A stretch of DNA of 64,000 nt from Deltaproteobacteria bacterium (GTDB lineage: Bacteria > Desulfobacterota > Binatia > UBA9968), in the NCBI GenBank assembly GCA_016874755.1, contig VGTH01000009.1, positions 4,933-68,932 on the forward strand. The letters are read 5' to 3'. Positions 20,184 to 30,512 of the stretch are shown here, in pieces (within the stretch, counting starts at the first letter, position 1; the number at the start of each line of letters is the position of its first letter). Under the pieces are notes generated by a model. The model ran no database searches. It was not told where the DNA came from and saw nothing but the letters and a program-made list of their open reading frames with translations. The position numbers and the translations under genes were made by a program.

Positions 20184-21731
20184 TTAAGCTTCCACGATCA
20201 AAGACCTCCCAGTCATTTCAGACGGTAACGGCAATCCGAGAAGTTGCATCACTGTCGGCGCCACGTCGATGGCCGTCCCTTCTTTTAGCTTGCATCTCTG
20301 GCGGGCTTCGTCGACGAGAATCACCGGGACGCGGTTGGTCGTATGCGCGGTGTGCGCCATGCCGGTGTCGTAATCGATCAATTGCTCGATGTTGCCGTGA
20401 TCGGCGGTGATCACGACGCGGCCTTTCTTGCTGTGCACCGCGTCGACCACTTTGCCGAGACATTCATCGATCACTTCGCAGGCTTTCACCGATGCTTCGA
20501 AATTGCCGGTGTGGCCGACCATGTCGGCGTTGGCATAGTTGCAGATCACCAAGCCGACGTCCTGCTCGCGCAGGTGCTTGACCAAAGCTTCGGTCACGGG
20601 ACGAGCGCTCATTTCCGGCTTCAAATCGTAGGTCGCGACATCTTTGGGTGACGGGATCAGAATTCTCTCTTCCCCTGGAAATTTATTCTCTTCGCCGCCG
20701 TTGAAGAAATAAGTCACGTGCGCATACTTTTCCGTTTCAGCAATGCGCAATTGCTTGACTCCGGCGCCACTCGCGACTTCGCCGATGATTTTTCTCACCT
20801 CACGCGGTGGGTACGCCATCGGCACTTTGATCGTTTCGTCGTACTGCGTCATGGTCGTATAAGAGCCGAGACCGATGCGGCGCCGGCGCGGAAAATCGCT
20901 AAACGCCTCATCGACAAAGGCGCGCGTCAACTCACGCGCCCGGTCGGCGCGGAAGTTAAAAAAGATGATGCTGTCGCCGTCGCGCACCAAACCATCGGGA
21001 ACGTTGCTCGTGATCGCCGTCGGCAATACGAATTCGTCCGTGACTTTTTCCCTATAGCTGTTGCGAATCGCTTCCAAAGCGGAAGCTGCCTTGTTCCCCA
21101 CACCTTCGGTTAAGCATTGATAGGCTTTCTCGACGCGATCCCAACGCTTGTCACGGTCCATCGCATAATAGCGTCCGCTGACCGTGGCGATTTTGGCATC
21201 GGGAAAGTTCTTCAGCTTCTCGTTCAGATCGAGCATGAACTGCTCAGCGCTGGTGGGCGGCGTATCGCGGCCGTCGAGAAACAGATGCAGATAAACTGTG
21301 CCGACTTTCTCGCGCTTGGCCATCTCGAGCAGCGCTTCCATATGCAGCTGATGGCTATGCACACCGCCGTCGCCTAACAGGCCCATCAAATGCAGCCGGC
21401 CACCATCGGCTTTAGTTTTGCGCATCGCCGCGAGCAACACTTCGTTGTGAAAGAACTTGCCCTCGTCGATGTCTTTGTGGATTAGCGTGAGGTCTTGATA
21501 GACGACCCGGCCGGCGCCGAGAATCATGTGGCCGACTTCGGAATTGCCCATCTGGCCGGCGGGCAAACCGACATCGACACCGGACATGGAAAGAGTCGCG
21601 GTCGGATACTTGCGCAAGAATTCATTAAAATTAGGCATCGCCGCGTTGGCAATCGCGTTGCCTTCTTTGCGCGGGTTGATGCCGAAACCATCGAGGATAA
21701 TGAGGACCACTGGTTCAACTAGCTTGCTCAC
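20184..21731 (-). CDS. gpmI: 2,3-bisphosphoglycerate-independent phosphoglycerate mutase
   Basis: 515 aa; VVLIILDGFGI N-terminus, catalytic Ser region, metal-binding motifs of iPGM. Confidence 0.9.
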   Translation of the reverse strand: MSKLVEPVVLIILDGFGINPRKEGNAIANAAMPNFNEFLRKYPTATLSMSGVDVGLPAGQMGNSEVGHMILGAGRVVYQDLTLIHKDIDEGKFFHNEVLLAAMRKTKADGGRLHLMGLLGDGGVHSHQLHMEALLEMAKREKVGTVYLHLFLDGRDTPPTSAEQFMLDLNEKLKNFPDAKIATVSGRYYAMDRDKRWDRVEKAYQCLTEGVGNKAASALEAIRNSYREKVTDEFVLPTAITSNVPDGLVRDGDSIIFFNFRADRARELTRAFVDEAFSDFPRRRRIGLGSYTTMTQYDETIKVPMAYPPREVRKIIGEVASGAGVKQLRIAETEKYAHVTYFFNGGEENKFPGEERILIPSPKDVATYDLKPEMSARPVTEALVKHLREQDVGLVICNYANADMVGHTGNFEASVKACEVIDECLGKVVDAVHSKKGRVVITADHGNIEQLIDYDTGMAHTAHTTNRVPVILVDEARQRCKLKEGTAIDVAPTVMQLLGLPLPSEMTGRSLIVEA

Positions 21732-21810
21732 GGGAGTTTCCTTTCAAGTTGAATTATAGCTAGCACCAGGGACGTCGCCAAGCCTTTCTTTGGCGAGGAG
21801 AATGGAGGAG

Positions 21811-22200
21811 TTACGCTTCTTCAGCGCTTTGAAACTGTTCAGCGAGTTTGGAGTAAGCTTCTGGCAATTGCACCCGCGGCGCCTGGTCCCAAAGACCATC
21901 GAGATCGTAGAACTTGCGGACCGGTTCGTAGAAGACATGCAGCACGACATCGGAGAAATCCATCAGCACCCAGTGGCCGCGGCCGACACCTTCCACCGCC
22001 AGCGCCCGCTCGCCGTCGCTACGCGCACCCTCTTCGACACCTTGGGCGATGCTTTGTACCTGCCGGTCGGAGCGGCCCGAGCAGATGATAAAATAGTCGG
22101 CGATCGAAGTCAGCTCATTGACCTCCAGCAACACCAGGTCAACCGCCTTCTTCTCCAGCGCGTAGCCGCACAAACGAAGAGCCTTTTCTTTGGTGTCCAT
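21811..22200 (-). CDS. rsfS: Ribosome silencing factor RsfS (Iojap)
   Basis: 129 aa; DLVLLEVNELTSIADYFIICSGRSDRQVQSIA. Confidence 0.85.
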   Translation of the reverse strand: MDTKEKALRLCGYALEKKAVDLVLLEVNELTSIADYFIICSGRSDRQVQSIAQGVEEGARSDGERALAVEGVGRGHWVLMDFSDVVLHVFYEPVRKFYDLDGLWDQAPRVQLPEAYSKLAEQFQSAEEA

Positions 22201-22213
22201 CTTAGCCTAGTGG

Positions 22214-22867
22214 TTAACGCTGCGCTCGATAAAGGCGATGCGCCTTAATGTATTTTCCCACCGAAGAGGGAATCAGGTAACGCACCGATTTGCCCCTAGC
22301 CACGAGGGCCCGAACTTCTGAGGCGGAGATCGCGATATCGGTCAACTCGATGAAATAGACTCTCCTGCCACTTTTGTGCACGTAGTTTTTCTGTTTTGGG
22401 TCATAACAAAACAGCCTGCGCACAGCAATGCCGGTGCCGCGCAACGGATCACTTTCCTTGCTGCCGGGGCGCGAGGTCACAATAAAATTACAGAGCGGAA
22501 AAATTTCCTTGTACTCCCACCAGGAACCGATCTCGCGAAAGGCATCCAAGCCGATGATAAAAAACAGCGAGTCGCCTTTGCCGAGATTGCCAGCGAATTC
22601 ACGGATGGTGTCGACCGTGAACGACACTCCAGGGCGAGAGATCTCGACAGTAGAGACAGCGAAGCGGGGATTGTTTGCCACCGCCAGGCGAACCATTTGC
22701 AGCCGGTGGCGCGCCAAAGTCGTGGTCTGACCCCGCTTATGCGGTGGAATGGAAGCAGGAATGAAATAAACCCGGTCGAGCTTGTAGGTCTCGCTGACTT
22801 CCTCCGCGCTGCGCAAGTGACCCCAATGAATCGGATCGAAGGTGCCGCCGAAAAGTCCAATCCTCAC
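22214..22867 (-). CDS. nadD: Nicotinate-nucleotide adenylyltransferase
   Basis: MRIGLFGGTFDPIHWGHL (HxGH nucleotidyltransferase motif), 217 aa. Confidence 0.85.
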   Translation of the reverse strand: MRIGLFGGTFDPIHWGHLRSAEEVSETYKLDRVYFIPASIPPHKRGQTTTLARHRLQMVRLAVANNPRFAVSTVEISRPGVSFTVDTIREFAGNLGKGDSLFFIIGLDAFREIGSWWEYKEIFPLCNFIVTSRPGSKESDPLRGTGIAVRRLFCYDPKQKNYVHKSGRRVYFIELTDIAISASEVRALVARGKSVRYLIPSSVGKYIKAHRLYRAQR

Positions 22868-23014
22868 GCCACACCAGAGAAGTAGGAATTATGAAAGCGG
22901 AAAGCGAAAAGCGGAAAACGGACATTGGGGAACGGCGACATTGGATTATTTTTCTGCGTCTGAGCCTTGCCGTTTTCCGTTTTCATGTTTCCGCGTTTGT
23001 TTCCTATTCCGAGT

Positions 23015-24277
23015 TTACTCTCTCACTTGGCCTTCGCCAAACACGATAAATTTCGTAGTCGTCAGCTCTTCCAATCCCATCGGCCCGAAGGCGTGAATCT
23101 TGCTCGTACTGATGCCGATTTCCGCGCCGAGGCCCAGCTCGCCGCCGTCATTGAAGCGCGTTGAAGCATTGACCATCACCGCCGAAGAATTTACACGGTC
23201 GATGAACTCGCGCGAGCGCTGATAATTAGTCGTGATGATGCTTTCGGTGTGCTCCGAGCCATATTTTTCGATGTGCTCGATCGCTTGGTCCATGTCTCTC
23301 ACGACACGAACCGAAAGAATCAATTCGAGATACTCGGTCGACCAGTCTTCTTCGCTTGCTTTCTTGATTCCCGGAACGAGTGCAACGGTCTTTTCACAGC
23401 CGCGAACTTCCACCCCTGCGGCCTGCAACTTAGCCACACCGCTTGGCAAAAACTTCGGCGCCACCGCTTCATGCACCAACAAAGTCTCCATCGCGTTGCA
23501 CACCGATGGCCGTTGCACCTTGGCGTTCAATGCGATGCGCTCAGCCATTGCCAAGTCAGCATCGGCATCGACGTAAACATGACAGACACCTTTGTAATGC
23601 TTGATCACCGGGACTTTGGAATTGGCAACGACGGCGCGGATCAGATCTTCGCCGCCGCGCGGAATGATCAGGTCGAGATATTCTTCTAATTGCAGTAATT
23701 CATGGACGAGCTGGCGATCGATGGTCTGCACGACCTGGATTGCGTGTTGCGGAATCTTGCTTTGGGCGCAAGCCTCGCTCAGCACCTGGCCTATCGCACG
23801 ATTCGAAAACTGCGCTTCGCTACCGCCGCGCAAAATGACCGTGTTGCCGGACTTCAAACACAACGCCGCTGCATCAGCCGTCACGTTGGGGCGCGCTTCA
23901 TAAATGATGCCGATCACGCCGAGCGGAATGCGCATGCGCCCCACTTGCAAGCCGTTGGGCCGGCGCCACATCTTGGTGACTTCGCGCACCGGATCGGGCA
24001 GCGCAAGCACGTCGCGCAGCCCTTTGGCCATCGCCTTCACACGGTTGGGATTGAGCGCAATGCGATCGAGCACTGCCGACGAAATTTCCGCCTTTTTTGC
24101 CGCGTCGAGATCTTTCTGATTTTCGGCAAGCAAAAACTCCGACCGCGCTTCAAGAGCGTCCGCCATCAGAACCAGCGCGCGATTCTTCTCCTCGGACGAA
24201 ACCACCGCCAGCTTGCGCGATGCGGCCTGGGCGCGCTTGCCTAGTTCGACCGCTTCATCTCTCAATGAATTGCTCAC
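23015..24277 (-). CDS. proA: Glutamate-5-semialdehyde dehydrogenase (gamma-glutamyl phosphate reductase)
   Basis: 420 aa aldehyde-dehydrogenase fold with ProA-specific regions; adjacent to proB. Confidence 0.9.
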   Translation of the reverse strand: MSNSLRDEAVELGKRAQAASRKLAVVSSEEKNRALVLMADALEARSEFLLAENQKDLDAAKKAEISSAVLDRIALNPNRVKAMAKGLRDVLALPDPVREVTKMWRRPNGLQVGRMRIPLGVIGIIYEARPNVTADAAALCLKSGNTVILRGGSEAQFSNRAIGQVLSEACAQSKIPQHAIQVVQTIDRQLVHELLQLEEYLDLIIPRGGEDLIRAVVANSKVPVIKHYKGVCHVYVDADADLAMAERIALNAKVQRPSVCNAMETLLVHEAVAPKFLPSGVAKLQAAGVEVRGCEKTVALVPGIKKASEEDWSTEYLELILSVRVVRDMDQAIEHIEKYGSEHTESIITTNYQRSREFIDRVNSSAVMVNASTRFNDGGELGLGAEIGISTSKIHAFGPMGLEELTTTKFIVFGEGQVRE

Positions 24278-24402
24278 GGGATTCCAACTATTGTCTTTTA
24301 CGCTGACAAACTCCTCGGAGCCCTTCGACTCGGCTCAGGGCGAACGGATCAGAGGTTAAGAGCGTTGAAAAATCCGTTCATGCTGAACTCGTCGAAGCAT
24401 TC

Positions 24403-25578
24403 TCACGAGTCTTTAGCAGCGTGCTGCCTATTGCCTTCTTGTAAGAGCACCAAATAATCGCGATGAATAATCTCGTCGTAGCCTTTATAGCCTAGCACTT
24501 CGTCAATTTTGCTTGTATGCAATCCCTTGATCTGATTCAACTCCGTCGAGCTGTAGTTGACCAGACCGCGCGCAAATTCTTGTCCCTGCAAGTCTAAACA
24601 ACGCACGCAATCGCCGACGCCAAAGGCGCCGCGCACTTCCTTCAGTCCAGACGGCAATAAGCTCTTGCCCTTCTGCGTCACGGCCTCGTGCGCCCCTTGA
24701 TCGACGACCAAATCGCCGGCCGGTTTCGGGTTATAGGCCATCCAGTGCTTGATACTGGCGAGCCGGTTGTCGTCCGGGATCACCAGCGTGCCGACTTCGT
24801 CATCGGAAAACACTTTGGCGAGCACGTTGGCTTGTAAGCCGCTGGTGATAATCGTCGGAATGCCCGCCGCCGCGGCTTTTTCCGCAGCGCCCAGCTTGGT
24901 CGCGATGCCGCCCGTGCCAAACTGGGTTTGGCTCGCCCCGCCGATGCGCCGCATTGCGTCTTTGATATCGTCGATCAATGGAATCAACTGGGCATCTTTG
25001 TGCGCCCGCGGGTCGCGATCATAGACTCCCTGCACGTCGCTGAGAATCACCAGCAGGTCCGCCTCCAGCAGCGTCGCCACCAGCGACGACAGATTATCGT
25101 TGTCGCCAAATTTCATCTCCTCGACCGCGACCGTGTCGTTCTCGTTTACGATGGGGATGATCGACGACTCCAACAGCATCTGAAACGTGTGCTTGGCGTT
25201 GATGTAGCGCTGCCGGTTGGCCAGATCGTCAGCAGTCAAAAGCACCTGTGCGACGCTCTTGTCGAATTTGGAAAAAGCCCGCTCGTAGAGCGCCATCAGC
25301 TTGATCTGTCCCACCGCTGCCAACGCCTGTTTTTCAGGAATCGTCTTTGGCCGCTCTTTGCGGCCGAGCCGCGTCATGCCCGCCGCCACGGCGCCTGAGC
25401 TCACGACCACCAGCGATTTCTTGTCGTCGTGCAGCGATGAGAGATCTCGCACCAAAGATTTGAGCCGCGCCTCTTCAATGCCATCGCTGGACGAAAGAAT
25501 CTGGCTGCCGATCTTGACAACTACGCGGCGCGCGCGGCGCAGGATTTTTTGCTTATGCTCGCGCTGCGTCATATTCAT
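24403..25578 (-). CDS. proB: Glutamate 5-kinase with C-terminal PUA domain
   Basis: 391 aa; amino-acid-kinase fold (RVVVKIGSQILS...) and PUA tail. Confidence 0.9.
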   Translation of the reverse strand: MNMTQREHKQKILRRARRVVVKIGSQILSSSDGIEEARLKSLVRDLSSLHDDKKSLVVVSSGAVAAGMTRLGRKERPKTIPEKQALAAVGQIKLMALYERAFSKFDKSVAQVLLTADDLANRQRYINAKHTFQMLLESSIIPIVNENDTVAVEEMKFGDNDNLSSLVATLLEADLLVILSDVQGVYDRDPRAHKDAQLIPLIDDIKDAMRRIGGASQTQFGTGGIATKLGAAEKAAAAGIPTIITSGLQANVLAKVFSDDEVGTLVIPDDNRLASIKHWMAYNPKPAGDLVVDQGAHEAVTQKGKSLLPSGLKEVRGAFGVGDCVRCLDLQGQEFARGLVNYSSTELNQIKGLHTSKIDEVLGYKGYDEIIHRDYLVLLQEGNRQHAAKDS

Positions 25579-26605
25579 TTTCGACCGGCTGCTGCTTCAT
25601 CGTATCGAGCCTTCGTCCGACCAGATGCACCAATGCTTGCACGCCTTCCGTGGTTGCCGCTGAAATCATGTGCAGCGGGCGATCGGCTTTCGGCAGTTTC
25701 TTGGCAAACAACTTGGCCTTTTGCCTGCCTTCGGGCAGGTCAACTTTATTGGCAACCACGATTTGCGGCTTCTGAGCTAACTCCGGATCGAAGAGTTCCA
25801 GCTCGCGATTGATGATGGTCCATTGCGCTAGCGGATCGTCTTCGTCGATTTGCGACGCGTCAATCAAGTGAATCAACAGACTCGTGCGCGTAACATGGCG
25901 CAGAAACTTATCGCCGAGCCCCTGCCCTTCGTGCGCGCCTTCGATCAACCCGGGAATGTCAGCCACAACGAAGCTCTTGTGGTCGTAAGCAACCACGCCG
26001 AGATTCGGCACCAGGGTGGTAAACGGATAGTCGGCGATTTTCGGACGCACCGCCGAAATCACCGAAATCAGCGTCGACTTGCCGGCGTTCGGCAGACCGA
26101 TAATGCCGACATCGGCCAGCAAGCGAAGCTCGATGTAAAGTTCTTTTTCTTCGCCGGGTAAACCAGGTTGGGCGAACTTGGGGCCCTGATGGGTCGATGT
26201 GGCGAAGTGTTTGTTACCTTTGCCGCCGCGCCCGCCGACGGCGACCACGGCACGCAGCCCCGGCTCCTTGAGATCGCCCAGCAATTCGCCGGTTGCCGCG
26301 TCACGAATGATCGTGCCCACTGGCACCGGGATCATGCGGTCATCGCCGCGCCGGCCATCGCAATCGCTGCCCATGCCGTGCTGGCCGCGCTTGGCTTCGT
26401 AGTGTTTTTGGTAGCGCAGATCGAGCAAAGTGGTCATGCCCGGCTCGGCGACAGCAATGACGCTGCCGCCATCGCCGCCGTTGCCGCCGCTCGGCCCGCC
26501 GCGCGGCACGAATTTCTCCCGACGGAAACTCACACACCCGCGTCCACCGTCGCCGGCTTTCACCTTGATTCGGGTTTCGTCGATGAACTTCATTACAGTC
26601 TGCAA
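25553..26605 (-). CDS. obg: GTPase Obg/CgtA
   Basis: MKFIDETRIKVKAGDGGRGCVSFRREKFVPRGGPSGGNGGDGGSV Obg fold, G1-G4 motifs (GLPNAGKST). Confidence 0.9.
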   Translation of the reverse strand: MQTVMKFIDETRIKVKAGDGGRGCVSFRREKFVPRGGPSGGNGGDGGSVIAVAEPGMTTLLDLRYQKHYEAKRGQHGMGSDCDGRRGDDRMIPVPVGTIIRDAATGELLGDLKEPGLRAVVAVGGRGGKGNKHFATSTHQGPKFAQPGLPGEEKELYIELRLLADVGIIGLPNAGKSTLISVISAVRPKIADYPFTTLVPNLGVVAYDHKSFVVADIPGLIEGAHEGQGLGDKFLRHVTRTSLLIHLIDASQIDEDDPLAQWTIINRELELFDPELAQKPQIVVANKVDLPEGRQKAKLFAKKLPKADRPLHMISAATTEGVQALVHLVGRRLDTMKQQPVENEYDAARA

Positions 26606-26782
26606 CCGCTGGACGCTGGCTTCTTAAAGCACAATACCATGAAATCGCGGCATTCGCCCGCGCTCGGAAGGCGGCCAGCCGGTCGCCCCTACGAAAAACA
26701 TCCGACGCACCCCATTTATCGTTGAAGCCGCAGCCAAAAAAAAAGCCCCTTGCGGGGCTTTTCAGATCGTATCACGCCCAAC

Positions 26783-27040
26783 TTATTGGGCCGGCAGGAC
26801 ATCCACTTTCTTACGGGTTTTGTCGTAGCGGCCGTATTTCACGATGCCGTCGGTGAGAGCGAAAAGCGTAAAGTCACGCCCCACGCCGACGTTCTGGCCC
26901 GGATGAATCTTAGTGCCGAGCTGGCGCACAAGAATATTGCCGGCGCGCACGGTTTCGCCGCCAAACACTTTGACGCCGCGCCGCTGCCCTTGGCTATCGC
27001 GCCCGTTTCTTGAACTGCCGCCTGCTTTCTTATGTGCCAT
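26783..27040 (-). CDS. rpmA: 50S ribosomal protein L27
   Basis: [24 protein letters not shown]. Confidence 0.9.
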   Translation of the reverse strand: MAHKKAGGSSRNGRDSQGQRRGVKVFGGETVRAGNILVRQLGTKIHPGQNVGVGRDFTLFALTDGIVKYGRYDKTRKKVDVLPAQ

Positions 27041-27054
27041 GACTGACTCCTGAA

Positions 27055-27369
27055 CTACGCTTCGATCGCGGTGATTTTTAGCGCGGTTTGATACTGGCGG
27101 TGACCCTGTTGCCGGCTGTAGCTCTTGCGCCGTTTCTTTTTGAACACGCGGATCTTTTTCGCCCGCACCTGACCGACGATCTCGCCGGTCACTTTGGCGT
27201 TGGCAACCAGCGGCGTGCCGATCTTCACGTCGTCGTTGCCGCCAACGAACAACACGTCGCCGAGCGTCACCGTCGCGCCGACGTCGCCGTCGAGCTTTTC
27301 GATTTTGACGACCTCACCCTCGGCCACGCGGTATTGCTTGCCGCCTGTTCTGATTACTGCATATTTCAT
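27055..27369 (-). CDS. rplU: 50S ribosomal protein L21
   Basis: [26 protein letters not shown]. Confidence 0.9.
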   Translation of the reverse strand: MKYAVIRTGGKQYRVAEGEVVKIEKLDGDVGATVTLGDVLFVGGNDDVKIGTPLVANAKVTGEIVGQVRAKKIRVFKKKRRKSYSRQQGHRQYQTALKITAIEA

Positions 27370-27478
27370 AGTTTTTTCCCGGAATTTGATTGTCTAAAGG
27401 AAAAAACCGCCAAAGTCAAACAAATCGCGCCGGTGGGCAGGGTCCGCCAGCGGTGATGTCTCCATCTCTACCCAGAGA

Positions 27479-28549
27479 TCAGTGCAAATGAGGTAGCACT
27501 TTCTCCGCGAAGAGCCGCATCGCCTTCAGCGTCTTTGCCTGGTCCAAACTGCCCGACGCAATGTTGAGCATGACCTGCTCCGGCTGCATCGCGTTGACAT
27601 AGAACTCGATCTTTTCAATACACTCATCCGGCGTGCCCCAGACCGCCATGACGTTCGGCCCTTCGGCCGCGACGGCAGCTTTAGCCTTTTCCAGTGTGCA
27701 AAGTTTCTCGAAGGCCTCACGCGACGCGCTCTTCGTCGCATACGTGTGAATGGTTTCGGTCTGCACTGGGCGGCTCAGTCGGCCGCGCAAAAAGACATCC
27801 GCCTGCGACGATAGGGCGAGGGCGCCGTTTTCGATCGCCTCTTCGCGGCTGGCGGCGACGTGGCAGTGAATTCCTAGCACGACATCACTCTTAGAACCCG
27901 CCGGTAAATTCTTTCGGTAGGTCTCGGTCAAACCGCGCACGAGGTCGAATGGAATGCCGAGATAGCCCGGCTGCACCAGACCTTGACCCACTACGCCGGC
28001 AAACTTCGCACTCTCCGGCGTGGTCGCCGCCGCCGTGTAGATCGGCGGATGGGGCTGCTGCACCGCCGGTGGGCTCAGTTTGAAATCGCGCACCTGCCAA
28101 TATTTTCCGTCGAGTTTTTCAACGTAATCGCCTTTGAACAACTCGATCAGCATGCGAATGCCTTCTTCGAACCGCGGCGCGCTTTCGGCCGGATTGACGT
28201 TCATGCGGCTGATCACCCACGGGTGGCCGCGGCCGATGCCGAGCATGATGCGGCCGTTGGTCAACAAATCCGCCGCGGCTACTTGGCTCGCCAACATCGC
28301 CGGATGGTGAATCGGCATGCTGATGATTCCGGTCAGAAAACGAATGCGCCGCGCCGTCTGCGCCGCGGCGACGTAGAGACCCAGCGGAAACGGCGAGCAG
28401 GAAAATAAATCTTTGCCAAAGCTCTCCGTGATCGAAAAGAAGTCGTAGCCGAGCTGATCGGCCAGCGCGATCTGCTCGAGCACTTCGGCGTAAAGCTGCT
28501 GCTCGGTTTTACCCGGATAGGAGAATTCGGTGAACAGGCCGATTTTCAT
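27479..28549 (-). CDS. LLM-class (luciferase-like) flavin/F420-dependent oxidoreductase
   Basis: 356 aa TIM-barrel LLM family (MKIGLFTEF..., GIGRGHPW). Confidence 0.75.
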   Translation of the reverse strand: MKIGLFTEFSYPGKTEQQLYAEVLEQIALADQLGYDFFSITESFGKDLFSCSPFPLGLYVAAAQTARRIRFLTGIISMPIHHPAMLASQVAAADLLTNGRIMLGIGRGHPWVISRMNVNPAESAPRFEEGIRMLIELFKGDYVEKLDGKYWQVRDFKLSPPAVQQPHPPIYTAAATTPESAKFAGVVGQGLVQPGYLGIPFDLVRGLTETYRKNLPAGSKSDVVLGIHCHVAASREEAIENGALALSSQADVFLRGRLSRPVQTETIHTYATKSASREAFEKLCTLEKAKAAVAAEGPNVMAVWGTPDECIEKIEFYVNAMQPEQVMLNIASGSLDQAKTLKAMRLFAEKVLPHLH

Positions 28550-28736
28550 TTTTACTACGAGAGGAATTCCGAGTTCCCTCGTCCTTTTGGGAGAGGGTTA
28601 GAGCCTGCCCCGGACCTGATCCGGGGCTGAGGCTGCTCGAAGCATGACAGGATCGTGCCACAAGTGCCCTCTATGCTCTCCCAGAGGGAGAGGAAGAAGA
28701 GACTATACTCAGCGAGTGCAGTAGCTGTTCTAGTTT

Positions 28737-29114
28737 TTACAGATCATTCCGCCGCACCGGCCCCCAACCCGTCGTCGAGATATCGATCAAATTGCCGTCG
28801 GGATCGGCGCAGCGGCCTTCAGCATAAGTGGCAATGCGATCCTTTGGCGCGCCGGCTGGATAAACTTCACTGATGCGCTTAGTGGTTTCCTGTGCATCTT
28901 CCACATGAAAACCGAAATGATAGAGGCCATCCGCATGGCCCGGCTCTTTGGGATCGTTGGCGTTAAGAATCGCTAGATTGACCTCGCCGTCGGACAGATG
29001 CACCGAGCCATTTTTCGTTCGATACATCTCCTTCATGTCGAAAACTTTTTTGTAATATTCCGCCAGCTTATCCGGTTGGCGCGTCAGTAAAGCCAAGTGG
29101 CGCAGCTTTGCCAT
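28737..29114 (-). CDS. VOC-family (glyoxalase/bleomycin-resistance fold) protein
   Basis: ~125 aa from MAKLRHLALLTRQPDKLAEYYKKVFDM...HFGFHVED. Confidence 0.55.
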   Translation of the reverse strand: MAKLRHLALLTRQPDKLAEYYKKVFDMKEMYRTKNGSVHLSDGEVNLAILNANDPKEPGHADGLYHFGFHVEDAQETTKRISEVYPAGAPKDRIATYAEGRCADPDGNLIDISTTGWGPVRRNDL

Positions 29115-29238
29115 AAATTGTTCCTCCGCGACAAAGAATTCAGTCAGCGCTATCACCGCGGCGGAAGCCTGTCAACGCAAAGATCGCGGCGCGCGCCGAC
29201 CGAGCCGAAACAATGCTTGAACTTTCCTCTGCACCGGG

Positions 29239-29353
29239 CGATTGAGGTGAAACTCTGGAGGAGCGATGGTGCGACCGAACGGTCGCGTCTTGCATAAGGC
29301 GCGTTAAAGCGCAGGCCTCTTATTTTCACTCCGGAAGAGTTTCACCTCGATCG
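29239..29353. repeat. Short member of the GTGAAACTCTGGAGGAGCG hairpin-repeat family (shares arms with the 258-bp repeats at 40.3 and 50.7 kb)
   Basis: Arms CGATTGAGGTGAAACTCTGGAGGAGCG (29239-29265) and CACTCCGGAAGAGTTTCACCTCGATCG (29327-29353) with inner GCGACCGaacGGTCGC palindrome. Confidence 0.55.
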
Positions 29354-29578
29354 ACAGCGCGTGGTTTCCACAACGCATGAATCAATCCGGTGTGAGGTAT
29401 CTTAAAAATGCTACTTCCGGCGAGGTCGGATTGTGCTAATCTAACGGTAGTCGCGGAAGCAACGCGGTTCGCACGTAAACAGAGGCTGCGGTCGGACACT
29501 GACAGTCAGAGGCATCGCATCTTGAAAAGCCCAGAAGTCAAGACGATCATCGGAAATCTATCCAGCAAAAAGATCACC

Positions 29579-30460
29579 ATGCCGGATGTCAATCTTGCAC
29601 CGATGCCGGCTTTGGCTCCTCCCGGCGTGGTTCACAATGGCAAGAAAGCCGATGGCTACGGTGAGATCGATGTCTCCCGGGGATATCCCGATGTTCGGAG
29701 TTTCAGAAGGAAGTTCGGACTGGTGATTCCCGCTACGAATACCAGCATGGAGCACGATCTTTGGAGCATTATTTTCAAAAACCAAGGCCCACGCGGATTA
29801 AGAGGGATCGGCCTTCACACCACGAATGTTATTACGTCCAACCCGCGGTTGGAAAATGAAGAAGATCTGCTGGAGTACAAGAGCCCGTTCTTGGGTGGCC
29901 TGAAGTCGGCCGTCGATGCCGGTTTGTTGGCGCAGCCACAGTACATGATCATGGGCATGAGTCTGGAACATATTCTTGGCGGCATCGAAGCAATCCGGGC
30001 GCCCATGCTCGAGATCGAGGCGTACTCCGGCCTGTCTTGGGCCGCCTGGCATGATGCCATTTTAGCGGCATTGAAAAGATACCGAGCCAAGAGAGTCGGC
30101 CTTTTAACTCCGTTCGATAAGAAAGGAAACGAGTTTGCGACGCAGATGTTCGAAGAATTGGGCTTTGAAGTCGTGTCGAGTGTTGGCTTCTGCTGCGCCA
30201 ATGCGCTTCATATCGCGCATGTTCCGGACTGGGCCAAGGAAAAAGCTATCGTCGAGCTCTTGGCAAATAACAAAAATAACCTGGATGCGGTGGTTCAATG
30301 CGGAACAAACATGAGCTTGATTGACGTTACGGAGAAGTTGGAGCCCGTGGTCGGGATTCCGATCCTTGGGATCAACCCGGTGACTTTCTGGTACGCGCTG
30401 CGGGAAAACGGATTCGACGAAGCTTTACTGGGCGGAGGGCGACTGCTGCAAGAGTTCTGA
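29579..30460 (+). CDS. Asp/Glu/hydantoin racemase superfamily protein (maleate isomerase / arylmalonate decarboxylase-like)
   Basis: ~293 aa from MPDVNLAPMP; family assignment from overall fold-like pattern (GLVIPATNTSMEHD..., conserved Cys residues); weaker than other calls. Confidence 0.5.
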   Translation: MPDVNLAPMPALAPPGVVHNGKKADGYGEIDVSRGYPDVRSFRRKFGLVIPATNTSMEHDLWSIIFKNQGPRGLRGIGLHTTNVITSNPRLENEEDLLEYKSPFLGGLKSAVDAGLLAQPQYMIMGMSLEHILGGIEAIRAPMLEIEAYSGLSWAAWHDAILAALKRYRAKRVGLLTPFDKKGNEFATQMFEELGFEVVSSVGFCCANALHIAHVPDWAKEKAIVELLANNKNNLDAVVQCGTNMSLIDVTEKLEPVVGIPILGINPVTFWYALRENGFDEALLGGGRLLQEF

Positions 30461-30512
30461 GGCGTCGCTGGCGCCCATTTGACTTAGCGCATCACGAAAG
30501 GAGGAAAATAAA

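Noticed and set aside
28570-28700. Hairpins GCCCCGGAcctgaTCCGGGGC and CTCTCCCagaGGGAGAG as intrinsic terminators
   Set aside because: The stems are good, but no U-tract follows on either strand. They are probably REP-like or regulatory hairpins rather than classical terminators, so they are left unannotated.
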